In this document: piece after piece, positions 36,832 to 49,925 of the stretch
Position numbering within the stretch: the stretch's first letter is position 1
Layout of the letters: each line of letters opens with the position of its first letter
Source of the DNA: Octopus vulgaris
Lineage: Eukaryota
Assembly: GCA_951406725.2 (NCBI GenBank)
Contig: OX597815.1
Location: 20,088,001 to 20,152,000 of the forward strand
DNA: 64,000 nt
Direction: 5' to 3'
The notes under the pieces: generated by a model
What the model was told of the DNA's origin: nothing
Database searches by the model: none
What the model saw: the letters and a program-made list of their open reading frames with translations, nothing else
Made by a program: the position numbers and the translations under genes

Positions 36832-37265
36832 ATGTGCAATGTCTGTGCAAGACCCTACCTCAGTAAAGCTGGACTCAAGAGTCATCTTCGTAGTCATAAA
36901 GCGAGACAGATGAGTGACAACCTGGCCACTGGTGGTGGTGTTACACACCATACTAATCATATCTGTCAGGCATGTGGAAGAGAGTGCAATTCGGCAGGAG
37001 GACTTAAACGACATGTAAAGGTACATGAAGCCCAGTTACAACTACAGCCGGTTATTGCCGGTAAAGGTTTTAGCTGCCAATTCTGTACAAGACATTGTAG
37101 ATCTTTAGCTGGGCTAAAAAAAGTCACATTCGATCACAGCACCAGTAACAGTTAAGCTTCGTGCAATGGCCATACTCGATAACGAGGGGCAGCCATAATA
37201 ATTTATGTATGTATGTATGTATGTATGTATGTATGTATGTATGTATGTATGTATGTATGTATGTA
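36832..37265 (+). pseudogene. Second copy of the zinc-finger RTE-like 3' end, inverted relative to 33470-33892
   Basis: CNVCARPYLSKAGLKSHLRSH, CQACGRECNSAGGLKRHVKVH, CQFCTRHCRSLAGLK. (TATG)n tail. Confidence 0.75.
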
Positions 37266-38227
37266 TTAGTTGCTAGATAATAGAAGTGCAAAATGAACGT
37301 AATTTTAAAAACACTGTAAGCAATCAGAAAGATGAAAAAAAGTATAGAAATATACGAGAACTTGTTGAATGTAATATATTTCTTGAAATATTAATAAACT
37401 GGCAACTCACTCAAGAATTGGGTTGGTTTTAGAGATATCTTCTGTTATGCTCTCTCTCCAAGCTATACCACTTCTAAAGAATTTCGAAAATCATTAATAC
37501 AAGAATGAGAAGATAACGTGTACTTTCCAACTAAAACATTTCACACGCTACTTTGTTATCTAAAATAAATAATCTAGGGTTTGATAAGTGATAACTCAAA
37601 AGATCTTTATAATACAGTAATAAGACGACTCAAAGTTAATGTTTGTTTTTTTTTTTAAGATGGACTTGCAGTGAAAATTGGGAAAATGATACATAGACTA
37701 CACTACTACAGAGAATAAGGTATTATATGTTTCATATTGGTATTCTCGGATATTTCGACTCTTGACTTTAGCTATCAATAAAGCCTCGACATGGTCTCTC
37801 TTTTTTCTAGAAGTAGTAAACAAATTTTCTTCCTCAACGCATATCGCATAATTTAGAATACGATACTGAATATTATAGTTCTATTTGCAAGGTATCTGGA
37901 TTAGAGTTGGGATTATCATTGCTAGATTGCCTTTGATCATAGGCTTGCTCAGTCAAGCATAACTGACCTAAAGAACGATAGCAATATTTTCAATATTATC
38001 TCAACAAATATTCTCTTTCAATCTAATGTTTGCAAGTGAAAACAGAGAGTCTGAGGAAACTGATGGTGATCTGCGTCGACAAAAACCATTCTGTGAAACT
38101 CTTGAACTTAAAACATGTGTTTGTAATGAATATTTTATAAATGCTTATTACAAACACATATATTAAATGTTCGTTGTAATATGGAGTATGAAATACCGAA
38201 AAATTAGTCTAATGGTGGCTTATATAT

Positions 38228-38598
38228 CATCATCATCATCATCATCATCGTTTAACGTCCGCTTTCCATGCTAGCATGGGTTGGACGATTGACTGAGGGC
38301 TGGCGAACCTGATGGCTGTACCAGGCTTCAATCTTGATCTGGCAGAGTTTCTACAGCTGGATGCCCTTCCTAACGCCAACCACTTCGAGAGTGTAGTGGG
38401 GCCAGTCAGGAGGTACTGGCAACGACCTCGCTCGAATCTTTTACACATGCCACTGGCACAGGTGCCAGTAAGGCGACGTTGGTAACGATCACGCTCGAAT
38501 GGTGTCTTTTACGTGTCACCGGCACGGAGGCCAGATAGCCGCTCTGGCAATGATCACGCTCGGATGGTGCTCTTAACACCCTACTAGCACGGGGCTCG
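38228..38598 (-). mobile_element. SINE or LINE-tail fragment with (GAT)n tail
   Basis: ggttggcgttaggaagggcatccagctgtagaaac segment and catggaaagcggacgttaaacgatgatgat 3' end, with internal imperfect direct repeats. Confidence 0.65.
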
Positions 38599-39199
38599 AG
38601 TATGAAAAAAATTCATAATAAAAGTTAATAGCAGTTCAAGATAAACAGACTACATGTTCCATACAATGTGTCTTCAATGAAAACTGTGTAGAGTAAGATA
38701 CCTTCGCTGCTTGAAACAATGGTATATTTCCTTCTCACCAGGTTTAAGCAAACAAAAGTGGTGCACATTGCAATATAAATAGATTATTTGCTCAAAACCC
38801 TGCAATGCTTCCTCCACACACTCTTAATAGCATTTTTAGAGAAGCACTTGTTACATAAAACTGTTACAGAGATTTTATGAAGAAAAATTTGAATTAGAAT
38901 TTGAATCATAATTTGAAGAAAAAATTTGAAAAAAATATTGTCGATTGTGGATAATATTTTAGGCAAAAGGGAATAGATTAAAATTGAATGTATAAACAAA
39001 TGGATAATACGGTTGCTTCTTGCGTTCTTTATGATAATTTGAAAACAAAGTATTTAAAATGTCAAATGTTTAGTTTTAGGTTTCTTTCAAATAGAAATGT
39101 ATAAGAAGTATTTTTTAATGTTTATATGAAACTCTGTACGTACATTACTTTAATTACAACTAGAACAGTCAGATCAAATCACTTTTATTCTTTTGTGTT

Positions 39200-40490
39200 G
39201 GATATGCTTTCAAAGAAAAGGAAATTCGAGGTTGTTATAGGTATTAACGATTGAATTGCTAGTCTTCATGAAACAAGCACGTATTCTGAAATCCACTATT
39301 GAAAGCTGGTAAAGAACGTCCTTATTTTTTTCTGTCTACTTTGAAGAGAAAAACTCTTCATTTGTAAAAACTGATTCTACTTCAAAGGAAAAAGAATTTG
39401 GCTGACATGGAATTACTGCAAGTGCACAAGTGCAGATGACAGAAAACTGGAATTCTTAGTTATTCAGAAAAGAAGGTAAAGTCTGCAGAAACTGACAATG
39501 ACTTAGAACTGTTGAAAGCAATACTGTTTCCAGAAAGACCATTACAAGAAAGTTTTAAGACGCCAGGTTTACCCCCAAAGCGATGACTAAGAAAATCATT
39601 AAGGATAGATTTCACTTTTGGCCAAGTAATGGTAACAGTGATTCAATCAGATTTATGAAAGCCCCCTGGAGTAATGAACCAAGATTTTAGTTTCATAGTG
39701 ATACTCTGCAACATTATCTTCTTGCAGCCTGGACAGATTTCACCCTGAATTTTTCCAATGAGTGATTAGCATTGAAGCATGGTATGGTGTTCAGATGTTG
39801 GTGAGCTTGTAGCGTGTGAAATATCAATTACTACCAAGGAATATTTAAAACTGTAAAGCAAAGTTTTACTTTCCAACCTGCAAAAACTATTTTCCGCCGG
39901 AAAAAGCAAAAGGCTTACCTCAGCAAGACAATTCTTCTGCCCTTACTACAAGGACTGCAAAAACACTGCTTGAGAAGAAAATCTTGAAAATTATGTTATA
40001 GATCGTGGAGACACATGGCCTAGTGGCGAGAGGAACGGACTCGCGGTCGAGGGATCGCGGGTTCGAATCTCAGACAGGGCGACGTGTGTGTTTATGAGCG
40101 AAACACCTAAGCTCCACGCGGCTCAGGCAGAAGGTAATGGCGAAACTTCTGCTGACTCTTTCACCACAACTTTCTCTCACTCTTTCCTCCTGCATCTTGC
40201 AGCTCACCTGCGACGGACCTACACGCCAAGGAAACCGGGAAACTGGCTCTAATGAGCCATGCTTAGCTCGAGGAGGAACAAACAACAACAACAATGTTAT
40301 AGATCGAAAAGCCTCTAAACATATCTGAGCATACATTGAATACAAACTTACTGGAAGAAAAATTGCAAACTCTGATCAGCTTTAGGAATCCATGAAACAT
40401 GATGGGATAATATAAACATACCTGGGTACCAAAAAACCAAACCAAAGACTGGAAAGATAAGATTATGTTATTTAAAATTAAAAAAATACT
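39200..40490 (+). pseudogene. Heavily decayed Tc1-like transposase, interrupted by a SINE
   Basis: WSNEPRF (WSDESKF-like), VGELVACEISITTKEYLKL, QQDNSSALTTRTAKTLLEKK, then *AYIEYKLTGRKIANSDQL after the SINE. Many stops. Confidence 0.6.
40006..40293 (+). mobile_element. SINE family C-related (tRNA-Arg-like head, alternative tail, (CAA)n end)
   Basis: 13-bp TSD atgttatagatcg at 39993-40005 and 40294-40306. B box gggttcgaatctc. Confidence 0.9.
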
Positions 40491-41022
40491 AAGAACATGT
40501 TATTCCATATTTCCGTTCCAAAAATGTATTCAAAATTTAACAGCTGATAAGTAAATTTTCATTTCTTTTTAGATTTAACCCATTAGAATAATGAATGGAA
40601 CCAGACTAAATTTCGGACAAAGAAAATTCTACTGAAAGTTTGAAGACGCAATCGAAGCACAAAAAACAAGTTAGGAGGGAGTTTCATTTCACCTCCACGA
40701 TTTACTGTCGCTCGAATTAGAAATAAGTTTGAAGCAGATGAAATAAGGTGGCTTATTTATTCGTAATATTAAATTTTAAGTTAATTAGGTATTATATTAT
40801 TTGATATTTAGTCAACTTTGTTATAGATTGTTATATTAAACCTATAGATACTACACATGTATATTTATTATATGGTTTGCTTATTTAAGGAGTTTGTCTA
40901 TATTTGAACCATTTATTTTGATTACAATTTAACGACTTGTACTAGCTTTATGTATTTTATTTAATTTTAAATTATTTAATAATTTAAATATTGTTTTAGT
41001 TTCACTTATGTATATTTAGTAT

Positions 41023-41061
<39 letters not shown>

Positions 41062-41108
41062 TTAAAGTATATTTATTAATTAATTATTCTATTGTTCTAG
41101 TTTATTTT

Positions 41109-41197
41109 TAACCTGATGAGTGACTATATTTATATCGAAGTAATTTCTCTACTACTATAATTATTTCTTAACTATAGCCACGAAACACGTGTCGTTA
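41109..41197 (+). ncRNA. Type I hammerhead ribozyme with long AT-rich helix II insert
   Basis: TAAC CTGATGA GTGACTATA...TATAGCCAC GAA ACACGTGT C GTTA, inside an AT-rich cassette between (TA)n tracts. Confidence 0.85.
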
Positions 41198-41363
41198 TTC
41201 TATAAATTATATACGTTTTTATTATTATTTTTTTTTTTGCAATTTACTTAATCATTGATATTTTATTGTTATTTTAATTTTAATATTTCTATTATATATA
41301 ATTTTCTAGATGGCGTAATTTAATTGTTCATTTTGAATTGATAAGAAGTGGGGTTTTTTTTTA

Positions 41364-41423
<60 letters not shown>

Positions 41424-41518
41424 ATCCAAACATGAACAAAGAGAAAACACAACAACGTGAGGACGTGGAACAAGTATAGCGTTATTGGACGCCCAGGAAA
41501 GGAAAGAAAGAAGGAGGA

Positions 41519-41551
41519 TTTGACGTTTCGAGCAGAGCTCCTCGTCAGAAA
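41519..41551 (-). ncRNA. Minimal type I hammerhead ribozyme in pseudo-LTR-like cassette 41421-41617
   Basis: TTT CTGACGA G GAGC-TCT-GCTC GAA ACGT C AAA. The cassette abuts (TA)n and has the same layout as the Neptune pseudo-LTR. Confidence 0.85.
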
Positions 41552-41762
41552 CATAGAAAAGGGAAAGGTCCAAGGAAGGGAAGACGGAGAAAGAAAATCG
41601 CCAACGATACACACGCGATCATATCTGAAAGCCTTTGAGAATTACTTTATACAATTTTAGAAGTGTAAAGGAGATTCTTTATTTAAATTATTTTTTAAAA
41701 AGTTGTTATGAAATTTTTTATGAGGATGTTACTAACTTTTTGGGGGAAGAAGTTTTTTTCTA

Positions 41763-41799
41763 GTGTGTGAGCACTTTCGTTTAACCTTTTCAAACACAC
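41763..41799 (-). ncRNA. Minimal hammerhead with compensatory U3-A8 core
   Basis: GTGTGT TTGAAAA GGTTAAAC GAA AGTGCT C ACACAC: perfect 6-bp helix I, self-complementary helix III with G-U pairs. Confidence 0.65.
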
Positions 41800-41831
41800 G
41801 TGCTTTCTCTCTCTCTCTCTCTATCTATCTA

Positions 41832-41876
<45 letters not shown>

Positions 41877-42079
41877 GTATGTATGTATGTCTATCGTTAA
41901 AGGTGTGAAATTGTTATGATTTCGGGACGATAACTGAGGAGGAGAGAGCATATCTACGTTTTGTGTGTGAATTTTCTGTGTGTTCTATTGTTGTCCTTCA
42001 GTGCAACTTTTTAAAACTCTCTCTCTCTCTCTCTCTCTTTCTCTCTTTTTCTTTTTTCCTCTCTTTCTCGCTCTCTCTT

Positions 42080-42166
<87 letters not shown>

Positions 42167-42237
42167 TATTATATATATATATACATATTCTGTTTTATAT
42201 AGGGCTGTGTGTATATATATATATATTTATTTAAAAT

Positions 42238-42296
42238 TTTAACAAAACTGTCCGACGAACGGGAACGGGAAAGTCCGAGTAACAGGTTTTGTTAAA
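42238..42296 (+). ncRNA. Degenerate hammerhead relic with long helix I
   Basis: TTTAACAAAACTGT CCGACGA ACGGGAACGG GAA AGTCCGAGT A ACAGGTTTTGTTAAA. Core has U4 changed to C. Cassette bounded by (TA)n. Confidence 0.5.
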
Positions 42297-42424
42297 TTTA
42301 ATAAAGAAATACGAGTAACAGGTTTTTTTAAATTTCTGCTGCTTTTAAATAAAGCATATTACTCTACCCCTGGTATTTGAGTACTCTTTTTTTGCACCTT
42401 GTTTCACATTTATGTGTTTACTCC

Positions 42425-42489
<65 letters not shown>

Positions 42490-42603
42490 GTATCTATGCA
42501 TGTATATATATATACTGTGTTTATATATATATGCATTCTATATTATAGATATATAGGTATATATCATATACAGACACAAACACATGCGCGCGCGCCTGTG
42601 TAT

Positions 42604-42701
<98 letters not shown>

Positions 42702-43039
42702 CTGTGTGCCTGTGTACCTGTGTCTATGATTATTTCATTTATTATTCAGGATACACAGCTTATGATATCTTTGCTTGGTTTAGCCAACATTTCATAAATA
42801 ATTTTGTTTTCATTTCCTATTCCATGAAAACTATAACCTAATAATTGTAGCCTCATTATCGAACTTTGTAATTGTTTCTAATTAGCGATATTAGAGCAAC
42901 ATATATCGGATATCAATTTAATAATCTAACATTGGTATAAATAGAGTTGTGTTTTGTAGATCAGAGATTACGATCAAAAAATTAACTACTCCTTAAATGA
43001 ACTTATGTACTGGTTAACTGGTGTTATTCTCTCTCTCTT

Positions 43040-43419
43040 CACTCCGTCGGTTACGACGACGAGGCTTCCGGTTGATCAGAATCAACGGAACAGCCTGCTC
43101 GTGGAATTAGCGTGTAAGTGGCTGAGCACTCCACAGACATGTGCACCCTTAACGTAGTTCTCGGGGATATTCAGCGAGACACAGAGAGTGACAAGACTGG
43201 CCCCTTGAAATACAGGTACAACAGAAACAGGAAGTAAGAGTGAGAGAAAGTTGTGGTGAAAGAGTACAGCAGGGATCACCACCATCCCCTGCCGGAGCCT
43301 TGTGGAGCTTTTAGGTGTGTTCGCTCAATAAACACTCACAACGCCCGGTCTGGGAATCGAAACCGCGATCCTATGATCGCGAGTCCGCTGCCCTAACCAC
43401 TGGGCCATTGTGCCTCCAC
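43040..43419 (-). mobile_element. SINE family C, full length
   Basis: Reverse complement of 15764-16146. Confidence 0.92.
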
Positions 43420-43883
43420 AACTGGTGTTATTATAGTCAAGAGAAACAGCGAAGTGGGAAAACCCGCTGCAACCTTGGAAAAAATGTCTTACGGTGTTTT
43501 TAGCTTCTGAATTCGAATCTCATGAATATCAAGTTCGCTTTTTTATCTTTCAGTAAAATTGATTCTGTTGCAGTCGTTGATATTACTTAAGCCAAGTCAA
43601 CTTTGATTGAGTGGCTTTGTGATATAAGGTCTTCCAGCTGTCACCATTTTGTCTTTGATACAGACACGGTATGTCTAGAAAGACATCGAATTATTCTTGT
43701 ATTAAGACAGAAGCAAAGTAATTTGATGGAGATTTGATGGCTATTTATAGTAGGTCAACCGTTTACTCAAATACTAATCAAATACTGAAGTTGATGTATT
43801 CAACTCTTTCCTCCAAAACTGTCTTTGTGATTATGTTCGAAGTATATCTTGTAATGATAGGAAGGTTACTGATAACATACATA

Positions 43884-44245
43884 TCATCATCATCATTGTT
43901 CGACTGTGGTCGAGACAATGGAATTTACCATGCTACGCCAGACTTCACGGTCCATCATGGCATTACGGAGGTCCTGTTGCTGGATGCCTGTATCCCTGGA
44001 GATTACATCAGGGTAGGAGAGTGTGCGCCCTCTGGTATTGCGAGTAGATGGCTTCCAGAGGAGAAGAGTAGAAATTAATTATTTTTCAGCTCTACAACAA
44101 TGTCCAGCAAACTGGACTCTCCTACCTTTCACAAGAGATGACACAGGTGGTAGTTTCCCATATATTTGCATTTTGGTTGGATGGGACTTCCACGAGAGAT
44201 TTTGAGCTCTCATAAGGAGGCGAGTGTAGGTTCCATCCAACCGCC
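43884..44245 (-). pseudogene. 3' fragment of an RTE-clade LINE with (TGA)n tail
   Basis: LDGTYTRLLMRAQNLSWKSH...RRVQFAGHCCR...LRNAMMDREVWRSMV. Confidence 0.85.
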
Positions 44246-46939
44246 AAGAATACCCGTGAAACAATGTTTAAAGGCCCGATGTAACCTGTTACTGATATAC
44301 TTACAGTTTAAGAATATAAGAGTTAAAGAGCTGAATAGTAATACAAAGGATCTGAATAAGCGATGTCTCCGTGTACTTTAAATAAGTTTCTCGATAAACG
44401 ATGATAGACTGCGTAATATTTTTCTTTCATTATAAAACAAACATAGTTTTGCAGCTTAAGGATAAATTAATCAATTGCAAGATAACGTAATTAAGAGATT
44501 ACGGAGCCTGACAGAATATAGGATATGTTTTTTAATTGGCAATGAATTCTTAATGAAATTCGTCACATAAGATAAATGTAGATTCTACTGGTAGAAGTGA
44601 GTCTGCCTATTCGAGCAGAGCTTGGCTTCGAAGAGATGAGAAAAGCAAGAGATGGGAGATGAGGAGGCTGCAAATAAAGTTGAAGAATGCAAAAAAAGGG
44701 GTTGCAACAATTTGAATTCCGATTTCATTCTTCCGGTCTCGATAAAATAAGGACCACTCTGTATACACTACTATATTTATCACCCAAATTTTAGGCATTA
44801 ATATTACGTAAGCAATCATCATTTAACCATGCTCAAGCTTCATCGAAGTAGGATGATCTTCTCAAAAGCTTTCCATCTGTGACCATCCCATCCCATATTC
44901 AGAACTACATAATTTTTAAAGACTTTAGATGTGATTAAATTCTCCGAAAGACCCAGTTCCCTTCTTTGCTGTTGTTGCTAAGCTCCTACCCTGATCTAGA
45001 AGACCTATTACCAAATCCGTTCCAGCCCTGACCATCTCTCATTTTTTCATGAATAGTGTGTCAAGTACAGCATAATCGGTGTGATCTCAGGAAGATTTGG
45101 CTGTTATTTTTAACAGGTTGAGCAACTTCGTAGAATCTCTGCCGTAAGCTTACATACCTACAAGTTGTTGCTGTTGTCATTTAGCCCTGGTCGGCTAAGT
45201 CAACAGATCTATGATCAAAGACATTCTAGTCATCAGCGCACCGACTTTTTAAGCACATATCTAGAACTATATTATACACTGGGTTCCTAACTTATTTGAA
45301 ACTTCACGGTGAGATTTTAGGGAAATTTAACTGTTATTTCTAGTAGGTCAAGCGACTGGGTCGAAGCTCCTTTGTTGGCTCGCAAGCTTGGATATAGATT
45401 ATTTTCTTTCGTGATAATCAAGCATTCAATGATCTCAAAAGAAAATAGCTAACCATGTAAATACATATGTTTTTATCGCTTAGAAACAGATATGTATTGA
45501 TATATGAATTAATGTGTATTCAGTCATGAAAATACTAACACAACAGATGAAAAATGATTTCCAAATTTGTTTTAATTATACAAAAATAAAAAAAGAACTA
45601 TAAGTTGCACAAATGTATTGTGAACTAAAATAAAAATACATGACCAAAAGACTCCGGAAGGAAACAGAAATTGATTGCCAAATGCTAGCGGGGTCTAGAA
45701 AGACATAATTACACGGAATGAAGCATATATCATGAAAGGCCAGCCAAGTGTTAAATGTAATTAAAAGAATCGAGGTTGGCTCAATTTAATATAAACTTGG
45801 TAATACTGCAAGTAAGTTGGCTGGCTATACGATTGAATTGGCTTGAAAAAAACTAATTTCTTTATATAGCACTGTGAAAGCCGACAAACATTTAACCTCG
45901 CGCCTGGGATAGTTTTTACTGTTATCATTTCACTATAGTGTTACAAAGATTACAATATACAATTAATATATAATTTGTTAAAAGAAAATTATTAATTTCA
46001 CACAATGGTAAAGGACTGTAAAGTTATACAACAGTGAGGTTATTGGTTGAATCGACTAACAGACACCAAATCCCGTACACATTTTATGTGTTTCCTTTTT
46101 TCAATGGAGCTTCCATGAGGTTGTTTGACAAGCTAGAAATAGTAGCCAAATATCACTGAAATGACACCATACCGTATTAAAAGAAAGATAATACTAGAGA
46201 GTGTATATCTTAAAAACTAACGTGATAGTCACGGTTGGAACGACATTGTCATAGGTGTGCTGAATTAATATTGACCTAGGGCTAAGCAATAATAATCTTG
46301 CTCATTTTATTGTTCATGAAGAGATGAATGACAAAGATGTCTTTAGTAGAATAGGTTAGTCTCAGCAAAGTTGTTTCCCCTTCTTCTTTTGGTCATAATT
46401 AGTCATTTTTAAAATTATTTTTCACATTACGAATAATGCCATTTAAACAAATTAAAATGTCATGGTTTACTTCATCAACTTTGATTGTGTCTTCTTAACT
46501 ATAACAAAAATATGCTACTATATTTCTTAACTACAAGAACTTTTGTTTTGGAAATTGGGGGTTTATTTTGTACTATTATCTTGTATTTTGTGAGAAAGGT
46601 TATTATAAAATATTCTAGCTATCACAAGTCACGATTAATTTAGCTTTAGTTCATGTTGGTTATTCTCTCTTTCTGCAAAAGTGGCTACACAGCGGTTCAT
46701 CTCGAGACGAGTTTAAACTCACACAATTTCCACTGCTGTTGGAACTTATAATAATCACATGATGAATATGAAAAAGAAACTTATACAATTTTCGGATAGA
46801 ACCTTGTTTTCAAACATCTGAAAAGAAATAGAAAAATATATAACATCGAATTTTAATAGAAAAAAAAATTCAGTATGCAGAGAGAATTTACTAAAAGAGT
46901 CTTAATAGAAACTTGAAATTTACAATTATAAAGAATATA

Positions 46940-47353
46940 TATTTCTTTATTACCCACAAGGGGCTAAACATAAAAGGGGACAAACAAGGACAGACAATCG
47001 GATTAAGTCGATTACATCGACCCCAGTGCGTAACTGGTACTTTATTTTTCGACCCCGAAAGGATGAAAGACAAAGTCGACTTCGGCGGAATTTGAACTCA
47101 GAACGTAACGACAGACGAAATACCTATTTCTTTACTACCCACAAGGGGCTAAACACAGAGAGGACAAACAAGGACAGACACACGGATTAAGTCGATTACA
47201 TCGACCCCAGGGCGTAACTGGTACTTAATTTATCGACCCCGAAAGGATGAAAGGCAAAGTCGACCTCGGCGGAATTTGAACTCAGAACGTAACGACAGAC
47301 GAAATACCGCTAAGCATTTCGCCCGGCGCGCTAACGTGTCTGCCAGCTCGCCG
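46940..47353 (-). mobile_element. SINE family A dimer (full copy plus head-less copy)
   Basis: Junction gacgaaatacctatttc at about 47115-47130, the same as in the 1-797 array. Confidence 0.92.
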
Positions 47354-48332
47354 TGTATTTGGTAAACATATAGTTTTATATTTTGTTTTCTGATAATATT
47401 TTAACATTGGCGACAAAAAACGATGGTCAATGATAAAACATGAAGAGAGCCGGGGAAAAATTGCACTCAATCAGTCTGACTTCTCTATGACACTACAAAA
47501 TAACGATGTCTTTGAAAATGACCCTAGTGAACCACTAATCGTTAATGTGTGATTAAAATACCTTTATAAGTACTGTTGTTACACTATCTCCTTCTCCTAG
47601 TATTTTTTTTTTAAAGTTAGCTCATCTCTGTTGGTTCTGCAGCTCACCTAATTTATTCTGGCTCCAGATCGTTCATTTATGTTGAAATTGATACATTTGA
47701 AATAGAAATAGCTTTCCGAATCAGGGAACATGCTATTTATTTTCCACGCATCAGTCTTTTCCTATCATTTCTAATAGTTGATTCTCCGGTATTGTAACAA
47801 CACTCAATCATTTTCCTGTTTACATTCAATTTTTTTTTTCCTACAAATGGTACCATGCTGTTGTTTCTCTATTAAAGCCTGTGTCTATATTGCATTTCTA
47901 CTCGACATATATTCCAGCCTTAAAGACATTGCTCTCAATCTTGTATCTTTCGTTTTTTTAACGGTAAGCAGTTGTAGCCACACGTCACTTTCAGTTACTT
48001 TACCTTTTTTTGCAAACACCTTGGAGACACACACACATGCACAAGAACACAAGCACACACACACATGAACAAGAACACAAGCACGTACACACATACACAC
48101 ACAAGCACAGACATTCATATGTGTGTATATGTATGTATATCCATTCCAATATCTCAATCGTAATTACGACAGCCAATAATAACAAAGTTCCCCAACATAT
48201 CTCGCTCTTTCTCAATCTCTCTCCCACTCACTCCCTCTCTCTCTCCCACTCTCGCTCTCTCTTTCTCCCTCTGTCTCTCTCTCTCTCTCTCTCACTCTCT
48301 CTTTAATGACTACCAATACAACTTCAATCGTG

Positions 48333-49005
48333 GCACTCTGTCGGTTACGACGACGAGGGTTCCAGTTGATCCGATCAACGGAACAGCCTGATCGTGAAAT
48401 TAACGTGTAAGTGGCTGAGCACTCCACAGATACGTGTACCCTTAACGCAGTTTTCGAGGAGATTCAGCGTGACACAGTATGTGACAAGGCTGGCCCTTTG
48501 AAGTACAGGTAGAAGAGAAACAGGAAGTAAGAGTGAGAGAAAGTTGTGAAAGTCGTGAAAGAGTACAGCAGGGTTCGCCACCACACCCTGTCGGAGCCTC
48601 GTGGAACTTTAGGTGTTTTCACTCAATAAATACTCACAACACACGGTCTTGGAATCAAAACCGCGATTCTCCAGTTTTTCTAAATCGACCCCAGAGCTTA
48701 TTCTTTGTAAGCCTAGTACTTATTCTATCGGTCTCAAAAGAGACCGATAGAATAAGTTACAGGGATGTAAGCACACCAGCACTGGATGTCAAGCGATGCT
48801 GGGGGGACAAACAGACACACAAACATATACACACACACATATACATATATGACGGACGGGCTTCTTCCAGTTTCCGTGTACCAAATCCACTCACAAGGCT
48901 TTGGTCAGCCCGACGCTATAGTAGAAGACACTTGCCCAAGGTGCCACGCAGTGGGACTGAACCTGAGACCATGTGGTTGGTAAGCAAGCTACTTACCACA
49001 CAGCC
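48333..49005 (-). mobile_element. Adjacent truncated SINEs: family C (48333-48666) and family B (48683-49005)
   Basis: Matches to the full copies elsewhere in the window. Confidence 0.85.
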
Positions 49006-49623
49006 AAACAAGCATCCATACGTGTGCGTGCGTATCAAGATTAAAGAAGCCAGAAACAAAAGCAAAAGCACATACAAGGCACCACTACCCAAGTTACAAC
49101 TAGACACACACGCACATACCAATAAATACCATCCACAACGAAGAAGAAAAATGTTTACAGACAGAGGAGGGCATAGAAAAGGCCACCGCTAGTTGACGAA
49201 AGCCTTTGAGTAACAAAAATAATTAAAGTCATTAGCAATAAAAAAAAGAATTTTTTAAAGCATTTGTCTTGATTGTGTCTTTTTTGCTTCTTTTGTTGTT
49301 GCTTTTTCTCCAGATTGACTTTCCCAAAGTGCATTGATATCTCAATGCACGAATCTTGCGCGAAATATATAAAGACCTGATATAAACTTTTATTCGTTTT
49401 GAATATTGCTGTACTGTTTTTATCAACGTTTCTGAAGTTGAAATACATTTTTCTTTGAATCTTGCTTATACTTTTGTGTGTTAACCTAGTTGTATTACTG
49501 TATTATTGTTCTGTTGTGTCTGGGGAGAGTCATTTTCTTTTTGTGCCTTAGAATGTAACACACTCACCGGTAAAAATTTCCACTTATTTCTTATTATTGT
49601 TATTATTCTTATTATTTGTATTA

Positions 49624-49925
49624 TCTTTATATATAAAAGTGAAGTTGTGTGCTGTCTGTCTCCTACGATTTAGATTCCTAACTATTCCCACATTTTGCGG
49701 TGCAGTTTAACCAAAACCGGGTATCTTATAGTCGTGATTCATATCGAGCCCTTCTGGGTATTAGCGCGCGTCTACGATGAGTCTACGATTTAAAAAAAAA
49801 ATTACCATCATTTTTTTCCATTTTTAATGCATTTTTTTGCTATTATATAAGGAAAGTAACTCTCTAGAAATGCTTATATAGTTATTTCCCTTACAAACCC
49901 GAGCAACGCCGGGCGATACTGCTAG
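49624..49925 (+). mobile_element. Complete non-autonomous Helitron, 302 bp
   Basis: A|TC 5' end (tctttatatataaaag), 3' hairpin cccgagcaacgccggg then CTAG|T. No TSD. Confidence 0.88.

Noticed and set aside
36754-37155. Host C2H2 zinc-finger gene
   Set aside because: Starts in a microsatellite, has a second disrupted copy nearby, and ends in a LINE-type 3' UTR and tandem tail.
37270-39000. A-rich stretches that look like decayed coding sequence
   Set aside because: Many stops and no motif I can assign. Needs a translated HMM search.
48533-49192. 219-aa ORF
   Set aside because: Antisense read-through of two adjacent SINEs.
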